Assembly: GCF_001194135.2 (NCBI RefSeq)
Contig: NC_068982.1
Coordinates: 171,173,957-171,237,956 of the forward strand
Length of the DNA stretch: 64,000 bases
Source of the DNA: Octopus bimaculoides
Taxonomy: Eukaryota
Direction: 5' to 3'
How positions within the stretch are numbered: position 1 is the first letter of the stretch; every line of letters begins with the position of its first letter. This document shows positions 1 through 13,425 of this stretch, in pieces. The notes beneath the pieces are model-generated. The model saw only the letters and a list, made by a program, of their open reading frames with translations. It was not told the origin of the DNA and made no database searches. Made by a program: the position numbers and the translations under genes.

Positions 1-18
1 CAACACCTTCACTGCTGT

Positions 19-83
<65 letters not shown>
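19..83. repeat. (CTA)n microsatellite
   Basis: Perfect CTA run read directly. Confidence 0.98.
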
Positions 84-266
84 AATACCTTATGAATTCC
101 ACTGTTAATCAATGAATCCGTGAAGCGATGATAATCAGGCATGCATAAAAAAGTGCAAACGTTTAACTTTCACCCTCCCTCTGTTTCTTTTTCTCTTTTC
201 TTTCCTCTCTCTCACTTTCTCTACTTCCTCTCTCTCTAACCCTTTCTTTCTCTCTCTCTCTCTACT

Positions 267-267
<1 letters not shown>

Positions 268-316
<49 letters not shown>
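268..316. repeat. (TCTA)n microsatellite
   Basis: Perfect TCTA run after a CT-rich tract. Confidence 0.95.
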
Positions 317-1339
317 GCCCTTTTTCTTCTTCCCTCTATGTATATCAAACAAGATTCATCCGTCCGCGTAATGTTCGCATATGGTGAAGCAATGAATGAA
401 ACAATAGCGGCGGCATAGGAAAGTATGTTTGTCGCTTTTGAATCAATGACTTATTTGTGTGAAGCCAGATTCATATGCTTTTCAAATTCTCGGTAAATAA
501 TTCAAGGTGTTCAGTTGTTTAGTTATTAATGCCTATGTCTGTGTAATTTTCTCCTTTTTTTTTCCTGTCTCTGTCTGTAAATCTTTCTCCTCTTTACTCA
601 TTCATATCCTATTTTTCGTTCATTTTTTACTTTTTCCTCATTCTGTCTCACCCACTCGTACATAAACACATATAATTTCTAATATTGGCACAAGCCAACA
701 TTAAAGGGATTACAGTATGGTCAAAACAGCGGTGTATCTTTTGTACTAATTTTAGCTAGTCACAAATTTAGAGGTGTACGTTTGTGTATATATTTGTAAA
801 CACACACTCACACATGTACACATATGCACATACACATGCACACACAAAAGTATATGCATATTTTCATATACAGGATCTACATGGTGAGCGTTGCCTATTT
901 TGGTAAAGTGACTCTTCCTGTATACAATGGTACTTGTCAAAATAGTCTTCATTACAATCGATGCTTCTGTGCCATCGTTAAATCCATCTCATGAATTCGC
1001 TTTGAAAAATTTTATTGTGTACTGTTGCTACTTTCACTTCATTATTTTTTATAGGACTGAGAAGATGGACGTCGGACGTTACCATATTCCAGCTCTACAG
1101 TGGATTGAGTACTACTAGCTAACCTAAATAGCTGATTACTTTATTTGTTGCCAAAAGTGTGTACGATTATGTATTATCATGATGAATGTGAACCATTTTT
1201 AACACTTTTTCACTCTCTTCCTTCTAATAGCGTCCGTGACATTTTTTAGCGCCTCAATGTACCATATGCTGGTCACGGTGTAGCCATGTACTAGAAAATC
1301 AAAGCGAATAACGTCGTCAGTATATTAAACTCAGTCACA

Positions 1340-2010
1340 ATGACTTCCTATGCCGATTGCTGACTCTTGAACATTTTGGCCCACCCACGTTTCATCAAGT
1401 GTTACCATATCATGAAAAAAGTTGTCGTTATTGGCTTCAACCTCTTTCTCTAGATCAGACCAGATGTCCATTCATTCTTCCTTCAAATCGAGTGTCAACT
1501 GCCAAGCAACCCACATTGCTTGCACTTTCTGATGTCCAAAGTCTCCTATCATCTTCTACAATGCATTGTGATCACAGTACATACATTTATGCAGCAAGCT
1601 TTGGAGTTCTGGCTCGTCTGTTTGATCAGATCTGTTCTTCTGTGGGATTCCTATCATTAGTCGCAGTTCATAATCATCCACCGTGTTGTTTTAGTTAAAT
1701 GCTGGCCTTTCCGCGGTTAGAATTCTTCATCCACCTCTGCGCATTACTTTTTCGATGGTGTCATCTCTGTATAAACAACCTCTAGCCTTCTGCGGATGTC
1801 GGATTCCCTGCATCCCTTCCTTCCTCAAGAACTCAATTAATGACACATTTCTTCTAGTTGGAATCCATTCTTTGTATACAACGAAGAAGAGCAAGAAGAG
1901 TTACAACAGACAAGTAGTTACTGTATCAAAATGTGCAGTCCGAACCACCTATGTCAGATAATAAAAAGTTAGCCGACTTCTGCATAACTTTGATAGAGCT
2001 CCATGTATGT
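1340..2010 (-). mobile_element. Degenerate mariner (Tc1/mariner) transposon, N-terminal half of transposase
   Basis: Minus-strand translation with stops and frameshifts: LIEFLRKEG..DIRRRLEVVY..RWMKN (HTH region), GHQKVQAMWVAWQLT (WVPHEL-type motif, ~1493-1513), FFHDMVTLDETWV (first catalytic D, ~1382-1411). The 3' half is missing and TIRs were not confirmed. Confidence 0.85.
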
Positions 2011-3044
2011 GCTTTTGGTTTTGTGTCTGTGTGTCTATCTTTCTATTTATCTTCCAGTCTATTTATTTGACTATCTTTACATGGTTCAATCTGCTATCAT
2101 TAAAATAGGTTATCTCGAATCCATCTCTCTCTTTATATTTGTGTGCATGTGCGTGTATTGTTTATGTAATTATGTATAAATGGATAGATATAGATACTTA
2201 TATGAGAGAGAGAGAGAGAGAGAAAGAGAAGGTAGAGAGAGAGAGAGGGGCATTGAGATAGTTAGATACACAATTATGTACCGTCGAGTATTACTCATGC
2301 CGACATGTTTGCAACACATGTTATATATTTAAAATACATTAATCTCTTACGTTTTGAAAAATAAATAGATAAATTGAAAATGGACATTAGAGTTACTAAT
2401 ACGAAATACTTTAAACAAGAAAATAAAAAAGATATTAATAATACAAATTGAAAGCATAGAGAAAAATATTTGTTTTTGCCTTCTTTATTCATTAATTCAA
2501 GCGACCTTACCACAGTTGTTTTCAATAAGAATTATTTTATAGAGTAAAAGTGTGTGGCTTATATTTTCTATTCTTGCCCTGGGCGATATTGTAGTTTTAT
2601 CATCACTACATATAGCTATGACAACGTTAGAGAGTGTTACTATTGTGCTATATTTGTTTCGTTTGCTTATTCATTTGATTGCAATGTTAATATTTTTGTC
2701 TCTTTCTTGTCTTAAAAAGATATGTCTTTACGGCAGAGACTGCGTATTTCTTCAATGCAAGCAAATAAAAGAACAACGTGCAAAGTCAAAGAATAAACTG
2801 GATGTGAAAATCCAACAATGTTACATAATGGGTATGTTACTTGCTATGAAAGATTGCGATCCAAATTCAATTTTAGGTTTTGTTATTTTACCTAGTACCT
2901 TATCGCTGTTGATCAAATATGCAGAAATCAAATCTCGATTCAGCTAATGAATAGAACTGATACACCAGAAAGACGTTCTTCATTATGGTCGTTCGATATA
3001 CAAGAAAGAGCAGCAAACTCAAATCATACATCGTCATAGACTGA

Positions 3045-3045
3045 A

Positions 3046-3084
<39 letters not shown>

Positions 3085-3125
3085 GAAAGAGAGAGAGAGA
3101 AAGAGAGGAAGAAAGAAAGACAGAG
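3045..3125. repeat. (GA)n/(GACA)n compound microsatellite
   Basis: Read directly. Confidence 0.9.
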
Positions 3126-3385
3126 TGTGAGACAATGAGAGAGGGAGAGAAATATGCATTGTATAAAACGTTTCTACATAGCTTTTGCTTCAAAATAAAT
3201 GATTAGATAATCGCAACTGAACCGTCTTTGATCATAAATTCGTTCAGAGCTGAACTTGGGTTCAAGAACATTAGCAACAACAATAGCGACGACGACTAAC
3301 CAGCTTTAATTACACGTTTTTGCCTGAACGATCCTCGTGAGAACATAAGTCAAACAATGAACTAGTAGTTATAATTCAAGTATAT

Positions 3386-3587
3386 NNNNNNNNNNNNNNN
3401 NNNNNNNNNNNNNNNNNNNNNNNNNNNNNNNNNNNNNNNNNNNNNNNNNNNNNNNNNNNNNNNNNNNNNNNNNNNNNNNNNNNNNNNNNNNNNNNNNNNN
3501 NNNNNNNNNNNNNNNNNNNNNNNNNNNNNNNNNNNNNNNNNNNNNNNNNNNNNNNNNNNNNNNNNNNNNNNNNNNNNNNNNNNNNNN
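3386..3587. other. Assembly gap (N run); other gaps at 12415-12832, 14936-15872, 16269-16278, 28005-28099, 30809-31671, 34471-34694, 35489-35765, 42521-42564, 47908-47919, 48715-48813, 49779-50140, 50993-51305, 52705-52870, 54485-54765
   Basis: N runs, most bordered by (TA)n, (GA)n or (TTA)n, typical of short-read scaffolding. Confidence 0.99.
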
Positions 3588-3620
<33 letters not shown>

Positions 3621-5625
3621 ATATATATATTATGTAACATGGAGTTGCTGTGAGAGATTTTCTTCTTTTTTCATCTTAGCACAAGTATACAAATTTTAAG
3701 GGGGTAAATGAGTAAAATTCGTCTACTTGAATTCTTTTACTGTCCGTATATAAAATTTACAATTTTTATGCCAACTCATGTTATTTTTACGTGTTTTAGT
3801 CGTCGGCAATGCCCTTGTTGGCACAATGTATTCTAGGATATTGTAGATTAAATCGGTCCCGGGAAATTAAAATACAAAATAGACTATATGGGATTTAAAA
3901 TAAAAATCGAGAGGAACGTAACCAAATTTCTCAAGCTATTTTGTGCCACATTCTAACATCTCGTGCTATTAATCAGTCTAGGGCATCAACAAAAAAAACA
4001 CAGAAACTACTATAATTACAATACCATCATTCATACATTCGATGATATCGGAAGAAATCACTTTGTTCTCTGTACTAAGATCAGACTAAGACTGACCGGT
4101 ATAGCATCAAGAAATCAAAGGTCCTACAGCTTGGTAAGATGTGGATGATGGTCACAACTAGAACTACAAATATATGGTCAAAGATGATTGTGCACATCAG
4201 CAGAAGACACACCGACAGAAACCATAAAATAGAGAGTTAAGTATTATATTTAAAGCATGCCTACTATTGAAAGGTTTGATGATGAGCTTTTGCTTGAGAT
4301 GAAATGTCTTTATAGACATATTATGCTACAAAGACGATTTATATCGAAACGAAGAAAACAACGTCCTAGCAGTTACTCGCAGAAACATCAATCTCATAGT
4401 ATATCTGCCATTATGCCTTGTGAATGAGGGTTACACTGCCGTATCATTCCTACGGAAAATTTGCACCTTTCGATATATGGAGCACAGAATACAACACTAG
4501 AGTATCATGATTTTCAATAGTGTATACAAGTCAGGTATTTTTGGTTGTGTATTCTATTTTAATGTTGATTAAATTGCATACAACGAGTTTTATTCAGTTC
4601 GCCAATATCAATGAATGTATGGTTCATTTCTATTCATATAACAAAATTGAAAAAGTTGGTGTTGTCATGAGAAAACTGAGTGCATGCAAGGGGCAAGAAT
4701 GCTAAAATACGTCTGACTGTTTTGTGAGTCACTGGTGAGACGATTTTCAACTCTTTTCGATGTATGTTGTATTTTAACACATATCTGTAAAAGGATGTTC
4801 TTTCAGTACTATGCCTTTCAACTGTGTATATACGTTAAGTGTGATATAACAATGGCGCTATGTATATCTGTGTGTGTGTGTCTCAATGTTGGATATTTTT
4901 TGTGGCTCCATTCCCAAACTCGTCCTTGCATTATGATGTGTATACATTCAAACTTCCCGAATACATTTTGTAACACGTTTTGATCAAGTAACTCTCACTG
5001 TGAAGAGAATAAATTTTATTAGTATTGCTGTTATTTAGTTTCGCCTGTTAACAAGTTTGGATTTCCTAGTCTTTGTCACTCTTCAATTTCACAGACTCCT
5101 TAAAGAGTTTTGACTCGTTGTAGGCGTAGCAAAAGGCTCTCTGTCTCGAGGCACTGGGAAGGCAGACAGATTACGACAAACACCAACGAAAATATCAACA
5201 TCTGCTGATTCAGAAGACTGCTGGTTCAATAGTGTCCCACCTCGAATAGAAACCTTGCAAATTCCGAAGGATATCATCGCATTCTCGGTCAAAGTAGCGA
5301 ACCATGCAGAATCATCCTTTTATCATTACTGCATCTACTTAAAAATGAAGAGAAGCTAAAGGAGGGGAGTGAAGCGAGGCAGACCGTTGAGAACTAAACT
5401 ACGAGATAAAAGAAGCAGAAGTTCGACGTGAGAAAATAAAAGGTGTGCAAACACAAGAAGGAAACTGCATTCAACAGAATTTCAACTTTACGAGTGAGCA
5501 AAATGAAAACGGACTGTATAAAAAGAAAGAGCGAGGGCTAATAAACAGTCAACTTCCCCACCACAACCATTAATGTTCACCTTATGTCCTAATTTGAACT
5601 CTATAATTTGGAATCTATATTAATT

Positions 5626-5767
5626 GTCTCAACTGAGTTCAAATTCCGCTGAGGTTGACTTTGCAATTCATCTTACGCGATAATTTAAGTACCGATCGAA
5701 CACTGGGGTCGATATAATCAACTTACCCTTCCCTACATTTGATGACATTGTGCCAAAATTTGAAACC
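5626..5767 (+). mobile_element. SINE family A (tRNA-derived), 5'-truncated
   Basis: B-box-like GAGTTCAAATTCC followed by GAGGTTGACTTTGC..CATC and CACTGGGGTCGATATAATC, shared with many copies in this window. Confidence 0.75.
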
Positions 5768-8700
5768 AATATTAATACTTTCAATCATTAAATCATTTAT
5801 AATTGTCATCAATGCAATAGATTTTCACAATCGTTAGAGCATCGGATTAACTAAATCGCAGTATCTGTTCCAGATCTTTCGAATTTTGAGCTTAATCTCA
5901 CCGTGACCAACTTTGACTCTCATCCTTCTGTAGCAAAAACAAAAAACAAAACAAAGATACAAGTTTGGGGTGGTATACTGGTCGTAGTGCTGAAGCATTT
6001 GACAGTATGTCTTAAGGTATTCTTTCAGGCTCTTTGTGTTCTTAGTCTACCTGTTGCAACATTGATAACAATCTGAATTGACTCTTGTTTTTCCATTGAG
6101 CAGCATCATTGGCATAGAGAAGGAACAGTTATAGCATGGGTAACAGTAAGTCTTCCATAATGAAATAACGGTGCACTACATCAGACTTTCCAAATATTGA
6201 CAAATAGTTAACTGTAACTAACATAAGCCTTCAGAATCATCATGAGAGTAACTGTCATCATTGCCAATCTACTGTGTCGTCATTATCAAACTACTTTTAG
6301 TGGGTATGTCTATATAGTCGTTCGAACTGCTAGAAATAACAAGTCATAATCCCAGCTAAGCTTTCTTATAAAGATTAAGACATCTTGAATAACATTTTCT
6401 ACTATCAGATAAGCAAAAAATTAGGGATTAATTACAGTTGACTTAGAACTAAATGACAAGAACAAAGATAATCATTGTGACCTATTTCATTTATTACGGT
6501 TTACACAGTAATTATTCTCTATTCTCACATCATTATAACTACCACCCCGCCATCATCATCATCGTTATCGTCCCCATCAAAAACACCGCCGGCATTATTG
6601 CCGCTGTGGCCACTCCGCCTCACCCATAGTACTACTACTACTACTACTACTGGTTCTAACCGCTTATTTCCCGTGTGCTGTCGCGATTCAAAGACGTTGT
6701 GTCGATCAATGCTAGCCAAATCGAGCAACGCTCACTTTTCCAAAAGACAATGAATAACGAAAAAACAATTAACTTGGAAAGTGTACAAAAAAAATGGGTC
6801 GATAATTAGCTTGCTAATGACTTTAACTCCCAGGAATATCCATTAATATTCTGCATATTATTTGACGATAGAAGCGCTCGTGGGAAAAACTAAATAAATT
6901 GTTAGTAATATTAGTATGAGTGTTGATAGAATTTTTGGAGTACCGGACTAAATTTTTGGTTGAAAGATTATGTTTCTATGAATTTTGACTTGAAACCATA
7001 CAGATGACGACTTTGCCTTTGTCTTTTTTTTTTTTTCGAGCTACATAAAATGAATGCGAGTCATAATGGAGTATACCCTACACACAAACTTTCATTGAAA
7101 ATACGTGGTTTCGTTCCTTATTTCAGAAATAATTCTCTAACAGCAAGATCGCAATCGATGGGACAATACTATAGGATATAGCTCAGTCAAACTTTTCGAG
7201 AAGGGAACCGCATGACATACGGCTGGTCACTAGGTGGGCCACACTACTAGAATATTCAAGGTAAATTTTCGTTGGGCATGTCATTCTGACGGTCCAGCGG
7301 GTGCACTATTCTCATGACTGCTTTAGTCCCTTACCTTACGTGTCTGTCTAAAATTTGCTGATGAGAAACTATACTTGTTTAGTTCCAGGTCAACCATAAT
7401 TGAACAGCCGTATGATTGCAGGCATTCAAACCATAATCATTCATTTATGTAGATTAATACGCACAAACAAGTATATGGCTAGATAGATTATATAGGACCA
7501 CGCTATCCTTTCTACCTTCCTCTAAGGCAGTAAGATTTATCTAAGGTGATACATTTGCTATTTCTAGTGTATCAAGTGATTGCGTAGAGGCTCCCGCGAT
7601 GCCTTGCCTGTCTCGGTGTCTCGTATTTCACGAATATATAATTGGTACCAGCCAAAACCTAACGTCAGTTTAATTGACACACCCCTTAAACAATTTCGTG
7701 GTCTTATTACTATGTTAAAAGCGACTAATGGTATTAGATGATTTTCTCTCATATTTTACTTGGGAAAATTCCACATGGAAGACATGTAGCTAAGTGCAAG
7801 CTGACATACTAAAATAGGTGAGTTACGGATATCTTTTTTTTTGTCAACTTAAATTGTAACTCTATGAATAAGGAGATCATTAGCGTTCATGAAAAGTGAT
7901 CTTAAATGCGATAAGGTAGAGAACTGACCAAATTTAATTGATCGAAAATTAAATGTGAGTATATAGGTGAGAAGTAGGAAGTTTGATATTTCGCGTATAT
8001 GCCGAACAATTCATGAGGTTACCTCTGCAGTACTTGTACTCAGAACGTAAAGAACTGGAACAAATATCGCAGAGCCTTATGTCTATCATTAACTATTCTG
8101 TCAGATTCCCGCCTTGTATTAGGATGAGAAATAAAAACTACAACCTTTGCATACATAGTAAAAGGAAGAAGGTACATGAACTTCTCATATTTATAAACAG
8201 ACAGATACCCACAGGTACGCCCTCATACAGAGAGGCACACACAAACACAGACACACACACCATCACAAATACTGTGACACGATCAAACGCACAAATGATA
8301 TTATTATAGGTACAACAACACTAACTACGAAACAATTACACCATCAATAATGATATAATAAAAGAAACAACAGTACAACGACAACAACAAAAAGAAACAA
8401 CAACAAAAGAAACAACAACAACCTGGTTTATCCTCTCCGCTGCGACTGAGATAAATTCCCACTTCCTATTCCAAATTTAGTACCGCACCAAAAGAAAAGG
8501 TGAAAGTCCGGTTCTTTGCAAAATATATGAACCGAATTGTTTACGAAGAAACATTTGGAAATTTACCAAAAACCATAAGAACCGAAAGCCTTTTGGCTTG
8601 TTTGTTTGTTTGTTTGTTTGTGCTGGTGTTTTTGTTGTTGCTATTTTATGTAGTATTATCGTTATTGCTGTTATTGTTGTTAAGTTTTATTATCATTTTT

Positions 8701-8846
8701 ATTGTGGTTTATTTTTTAAAGTTTTTGTTTCGGTTGGTAATGTGAAAGTTATTTATGGTTAAACTCGCAGACATTTTGGTGGCGAGGGATGCTATCAAAT
8801 TTCTACTTATATTTTAATTTGTATGTTTTTATCGTTCTCCGTTTTA

Positions 8847-8875
8847 GTTGTTGTTGCTGTTGTTGCTGCTGCTGC

Positions 8876-8921
<46 letters not shown>

Positions 8922-8975
8922 GGTGTTGTTGATGATGATGTTGTTGTTGCAATTGTTGTGGTTGTTGTTGCTGTT
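8847..8975. repeat. (GTT)n/(GCT)n/(GAT)n compound trinucleotide repeat
   Basis: Read directly. Confidence 0.95.
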
Positions 8976-10464
8976 ATCGTTTTAGCTGCTGTTTAAAATA
9001 TAATCTTTTTTGTTCTTTTACTTCGATATGTTTGTTGTTGAAATACGCAATGTATGATTTTATTTTATTTTATATATAATTTCTTCTGAATGTTTGTTTG
9101 TGTATGTATGTTTGGCTACCCGCAAGTGTGTGTACATCAGACAAAGAGAGAGAAAGAGAAAGCGGTAGCGCTGGTGACAGGATCGTTGGTATGTTTCAAA
9201 CAAAAAAACTTCATAGTTCCTTATGAATTTACTTCAGAGTAATTGTAGAGGAAAGATCATCTCTGACGGGATCTCAGATCAGAAGAAAAAGAAAGCTGAA
9301 ATATTTTATAGTTCTGATTGATCGAGTTTAGCCGAGTCTCAAACAACAAGAACAACTATAAAGTTTATCACTGTTTTACAATCTTATACACGTTAAATAC
9401 TTGATAATATACCGTTCTAATATGAACCTGGTTATAGTTACATTTGCTGAATATACTTTTCTTTTTAATCATTAGCTGGCCAGAAGGAAATCATTGCCAT
9501 GGTCGACCCTGGTTTCCGAAGTCTGGTGAGATCCATAACATTCAATTTTGCCGACTGCAAAAAGAAAAAAAAAAGTGTGAGTACATCACACATTTAGTGT
9601 GAGGTTAAGGCGTTGAGCACTATGTAAGTGGAGAGACGGTGGTAGGAGTCAGAATTGCTTGAATGGAAGTCAAACAATAACCGTCAACTATGAGAACAAA
9701 GGACCCCGGCAACACCGGTATTTTAGACATACAGAGAGAAAGAAAGAAGGGGACAGACAGGTACAGAAAGTGAGAACGGTGAGTACGCATGTGGGGAAAA
9801 CGTTGGAGTGTCTTGTAGGTTGAATTTATACTAAGTATTTGAGTTGTTCTAGAAGTGAGATGCCCACTCTGGGCATCATCTGAGCGTTATACAGGTTAGT
9901 GGCTGTTGGGATTTGAATTATTTTCGAAAATCAAAACGAAAGGTCTGATATTGTGATGCTATGCAGAGCATCATGAGAAGTGATCTATTGATTATATTAT
10001 CAGGTATTTGAAGCGATATGAGGGTTCTGGTTGCGTATTCTTCACCTTTAGGAGGAAGAAATATGTGTAATAATGATTGCTTCTTAAGTGTGGTGATCGT
10101 ATCTTTTACTTGTTGAGACTCTATCAGAGATAGTTTGCTCGGTTCATGAAATCAGTGAAAATTTCGAGTGAGGTATCTGGACTGTATATGATTGTTACTT
10201 CATTACAGAAGGCCAGTATCATCTAGGTAGATGTCAGCGCAAGCATAACCGCGCTTTCTGGGAGGGAGAGTGCGAGGGATAAGATTAAACCGTGTGAAAC
10301 GCGTGAATAGACTGAGTGTGAGTCAGGAACCATTTGAGGCGACAAGGTGATTAGACACAGAAAAAATGTGTTTAAGAGAACTATCTCTTATATGATAATC
10401 TTTTTTTTTAATTTTGGCATTAGGCCACCAAGTTCAGGAAAGGGGGAAAATTGATCATATCATC

Positions 10465-10616
10465 ATTGGAGTTCAAATGGTACTTATTTAATTGAGCCTG
10501 AAAAATGAAAGGCAAAGTCGGCATCAGCGGAATTTGAACACAGAACTGAAAGACTGACGAAATACCGCTAAGTTTTTTGTCCGGTGTGCTAACATATTCT
10601 GTCAACTCACCACCTT
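10465..10616 (-). mobile_element. SINE family A
   Basis: Plus strand reads ATGAAAGGCAAAGTCGGC..GGAATTTGAAC..GACGAAATACCGCTAAG..CCGGTGTGCTAAC, the reverse complement of the family A head and core. Confidence 0.8.
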
Positions 10617-10924
10617 CGTCCCAGATATCATAATAAAATGAGATGCAAAAATTCATAAAAATTAAAAAATATTATATTAGTATGGGAAAATAGAAGAGAG
10701 AAATGATTGGATTGGTGTAAAAATGAGAACATTGTAAGTAGAGATACTACAGGGTGTTGACTTTTTCTGATTTATGAAATTAATCATGAAATGTGATGAT
10801 TCCTGATTAATATGTGTAAAATATATTATGAGCCTTAAGCTAACAGCGAAAAACTAGGCCATCCAATGCTACCACACACGCGCGCGCGCGCACACACACA
10901 CACACACACGCAAAATTGATTAGG

Positions 10925-11330
10925 TACAACAGATGAGTTACTGGCAGAGGCTGAGAGAACTGAGGCGGTACTCCGAAAGTGAATGGTTTCAAAAAACATT
11001 ACAGCAGATATTTATCTGAGTTAGATTAACTGACACTGCAGCAGGAAACACATAAAAGAGTAGTTCTGTCCAACTCGCTATTTCACCAGAAACAATTCCG
11101 AAGAGAAAGCTGGAAAGTGAGTATGAAACGAACAAAAAATCACGCAAAAGGAGTTCCTTTGGCAAAGTCTCAGCGTTTTGATGAAAGCAGCACAAGGAAA
11201 ACCAAAAGTAAAAAGCACGACATGACTGTTGGACAGCTTTCCTAATGAAATTCGAAGTTATAAAGATAACTCAGGTTTTTTTCAGTCGTACGAAGAAGCG
11301 CGAAGTGAAACTCAAGATAAAGATTCACTA
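10925..11330 (+). mobile_element. Degraded CR1-clade LINE 3' fragment
   Basis: VQQMSYWQRLRELRRYS resembles the CR1 C-terminal LSYWERLxxLxLYSL motif; downstream DSFPNEIR resembles FNxLPxEIR. Confidence 0.5.
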
Positions 11331-12258
11331 AAATTCACCTTTCACTAGAACGGTATAGAAAGAAAAAAAAACGAGAATTCGACATAAACAGAAAGAACTG
11401 AAGATATACAGACATAGAAATATGCATATATTTCCTTATTATATTTAGTTACATTTACTGACGTACGAAAATTATTTCACACGATGAGAATATTTGTTAA
11501 GTGGGTAAATTTAAAATATAAAAATATTTTCAACATCAATTTGCTATTTAAGTGAATGTTTCCGAAAGGTGGAAATGAAGAAGACAAAAAGCTATAAAAA
11601 TTCCACTGATAATTCAAAGCGAAAGAAAAAATATTCTTCAGAAATTCGTCCAAAAATTGAAAAGGCAGAACAAGCAATTTTGCACTAAAATTCTAGCGAT
11701 AAATGGATAGAATCTTAGCTTAGCAAAAATTAAACTACAACAATTTTATTTAGAAATATAAAGGAATTCAATAAAATATTCATAGCTTCTTTTCTTCTGA
11801 TTTGCTGTCGTTCGTAATGTTATTGTTGTTTTTGTATTTTTATTGAGCTTATTTCAAATTTTAGTGAAACTTTATTTCAAATAAACAATTATATAAGTAG
11901 TTCTTTGATGTCTTTATCGTTATTTGAAAAGTGTTTTATCATCATCATCATCATCATCATCATCACCACCACCTATACCCAACATCCCCAACACCACCAC
12001 CACCACCACCACCGTCATCATCATAATCATCCCCATCATCATAATTTTGTTAGGAGACTGATGTTTATTGCGTGCATTCACTGATTTACCGAACTACACG
12101 CTGTGGGTTTGGATGTGTGCAGTGATTGGTTACGGTTTTGTATTTCCTGTTTTTCCAAAAGACACTACGTAATCCCTTTGCAGTGCCTAGTAGTTCTGTA
12201 TTCTGTACATTTTCCGTATGTATACACCTTGGTGTTTAAAAACCATTCACAAGCCACC

Positions 12259-12260
<2 letters not shown>

Positions 12261-12317
<57 letters not shown>

Positions 12318-12332
12318 TGATTATTATTATTA

Positions 12333-12414
<82 letters not shown>
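12261..12414. repeat. (TAA)n immediately followed by (TTA)n
   Basis: About 54 bp of TAA, then about 95 bp of TTA running into a gap. Confidence 0.97.
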
Positions 12415-12832
12415 NNNNNNNNNNNNNNNNNNNNNNNNNNNNNNNNNNNNNNNNNNNNNNNNNNNNNNNNNNNNNNNNNNNNNNNNNNNNNNNNNNNNNN
12501 NNNNNNNNNNNNNNNNNNNNNNNNNNNNNNNNNNNNNNNNNNNNNNNNNNNNNNNNNNNNNNNNNNNNNNNNNNNNNNNNNNNNNNNNNNNNNNNNNNNN
12601 NNNNNNNNNNNNNNNNNNNNNNNNNNNNNNNNNNNNNNNNNNNNNNNNNNNNNNNNNNNNNNNNNNNNNNNNNNNNNNNNNNNNNNNNNNNNNNNNNNNN
12701 NNNNNNNNNNNNNNNNNNNNNNNNNNNNNNNNNNNNNNNNNNNNNNNNNNNNNNNNNNNNNNNNNNNNNNNNNNNNNNNNNNNNNNNNNNNNNNNNNNNN
12801 NNNNNNNNNNNNNNNNNNNNNNNNNNNNNNNN

Positions 12833-13236
12833 TGAATGTGTAAGAAACCATAAAAAATTATGTGTTTGTTTTAAAATTTGAGATCACATAGACAGTATTT
12901 TACGTAGGATATGGTCAGTTCCCATGAGCACTATCTTTTGAACTTCAGCCATTTTGGGGTTTCCTGGTATCTGAGCTAGGTAGTAATCAGCCCATTTCGC
13001 TATCATTCCCAGGGCACCTATGACAATAGGTATTGTTTTCGTCTTCAGATTCCACATTTTGCTAATTTCTATTTCAAGATCTTTATATTTGCTCAGTTTT
13101 TGGTAGGTCTTGACAGATACGTTTATATCAATTGGTACAGTCATATCAATGAGGAGGCATGATTTCTGTTTGAAGTCTTTCAGTTTGATGTCCGGCGTAT
13201 TTGCATCTATCTTTCTGTCAGTTGGAATGGTGAAGT
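12833..13236 (-). mobile_element. R4/Dong-clade non-LTR retrotransposon 3' end (restriction-like endonuclease domain)
   Basis: FTIPTDRKIDANTPDIKLKDFKQKSCLLIDMTVPIDINVSVKTYQKLSKYKDLEIEISKMW..IPIVIGALG..QKIVLMGTDHILRKILSM* carries the PD-(D/E)xK RLE signature (ORF 12884-13144 plus upstream codons). The 3'UTR runs into a gap next to (TAA)n on the element strand. Confidence 0.93.
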
Positions 13237-13240
13237 TCGC

Positions 13241-13425
13241 GTTTGCACGACGGGCAAAATACTCGCGTAATTCATCCGTCTTCGTGTTCTGAGCTCAAAT
13301 TCTGACAAGGTCGGCATTGCCTTTCATCCTTTCGTGGTCGATGAAAAGATGCAGGAGTGAAACACAGAGGTCGATATAATTGGCTAGTTTCCTGCTCTAA
13401 AATTTCAGGCCTTGTGCCTTGAGTA
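13241..13425 (+). mobile_element. SINE family A lacking the extreme 5' head
   Basis: GCACGACGGGCAAAAT..GTTCTGAGCTCAAATTC..GGTCGGCATTGCCTTTCATCCTTTCGTGGTCGAT..AAATTTCAGGCCTTGTGCCT. Confidence 0.85.

Noticed and set aside
3963-4230. Possible RTE LINE scrap (SIKKSKVL, DDCA)
   Set aside because: Motifs are short, in different frames and in the wrong order.
5089-5340. GC-elevated segment with short ORFs on both strands
   Set aside because: No recognisable motif and no consistent splice-site pair; stops in all frames next to the candidate acceptor.
6315-6353. Short motif AGTC..TCGAAC..CTAGAAATA.CA shared with 25921-25955
   Set aside because: Probably a fragment of a common dispersed repeat, too short to classify.
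9780-10330. Possible ancient LINE endonuclease remnant (LEQLKYLV*IQPTR on minus)
   Set aside because: A single weak motif; cannot be supported without a profile search.
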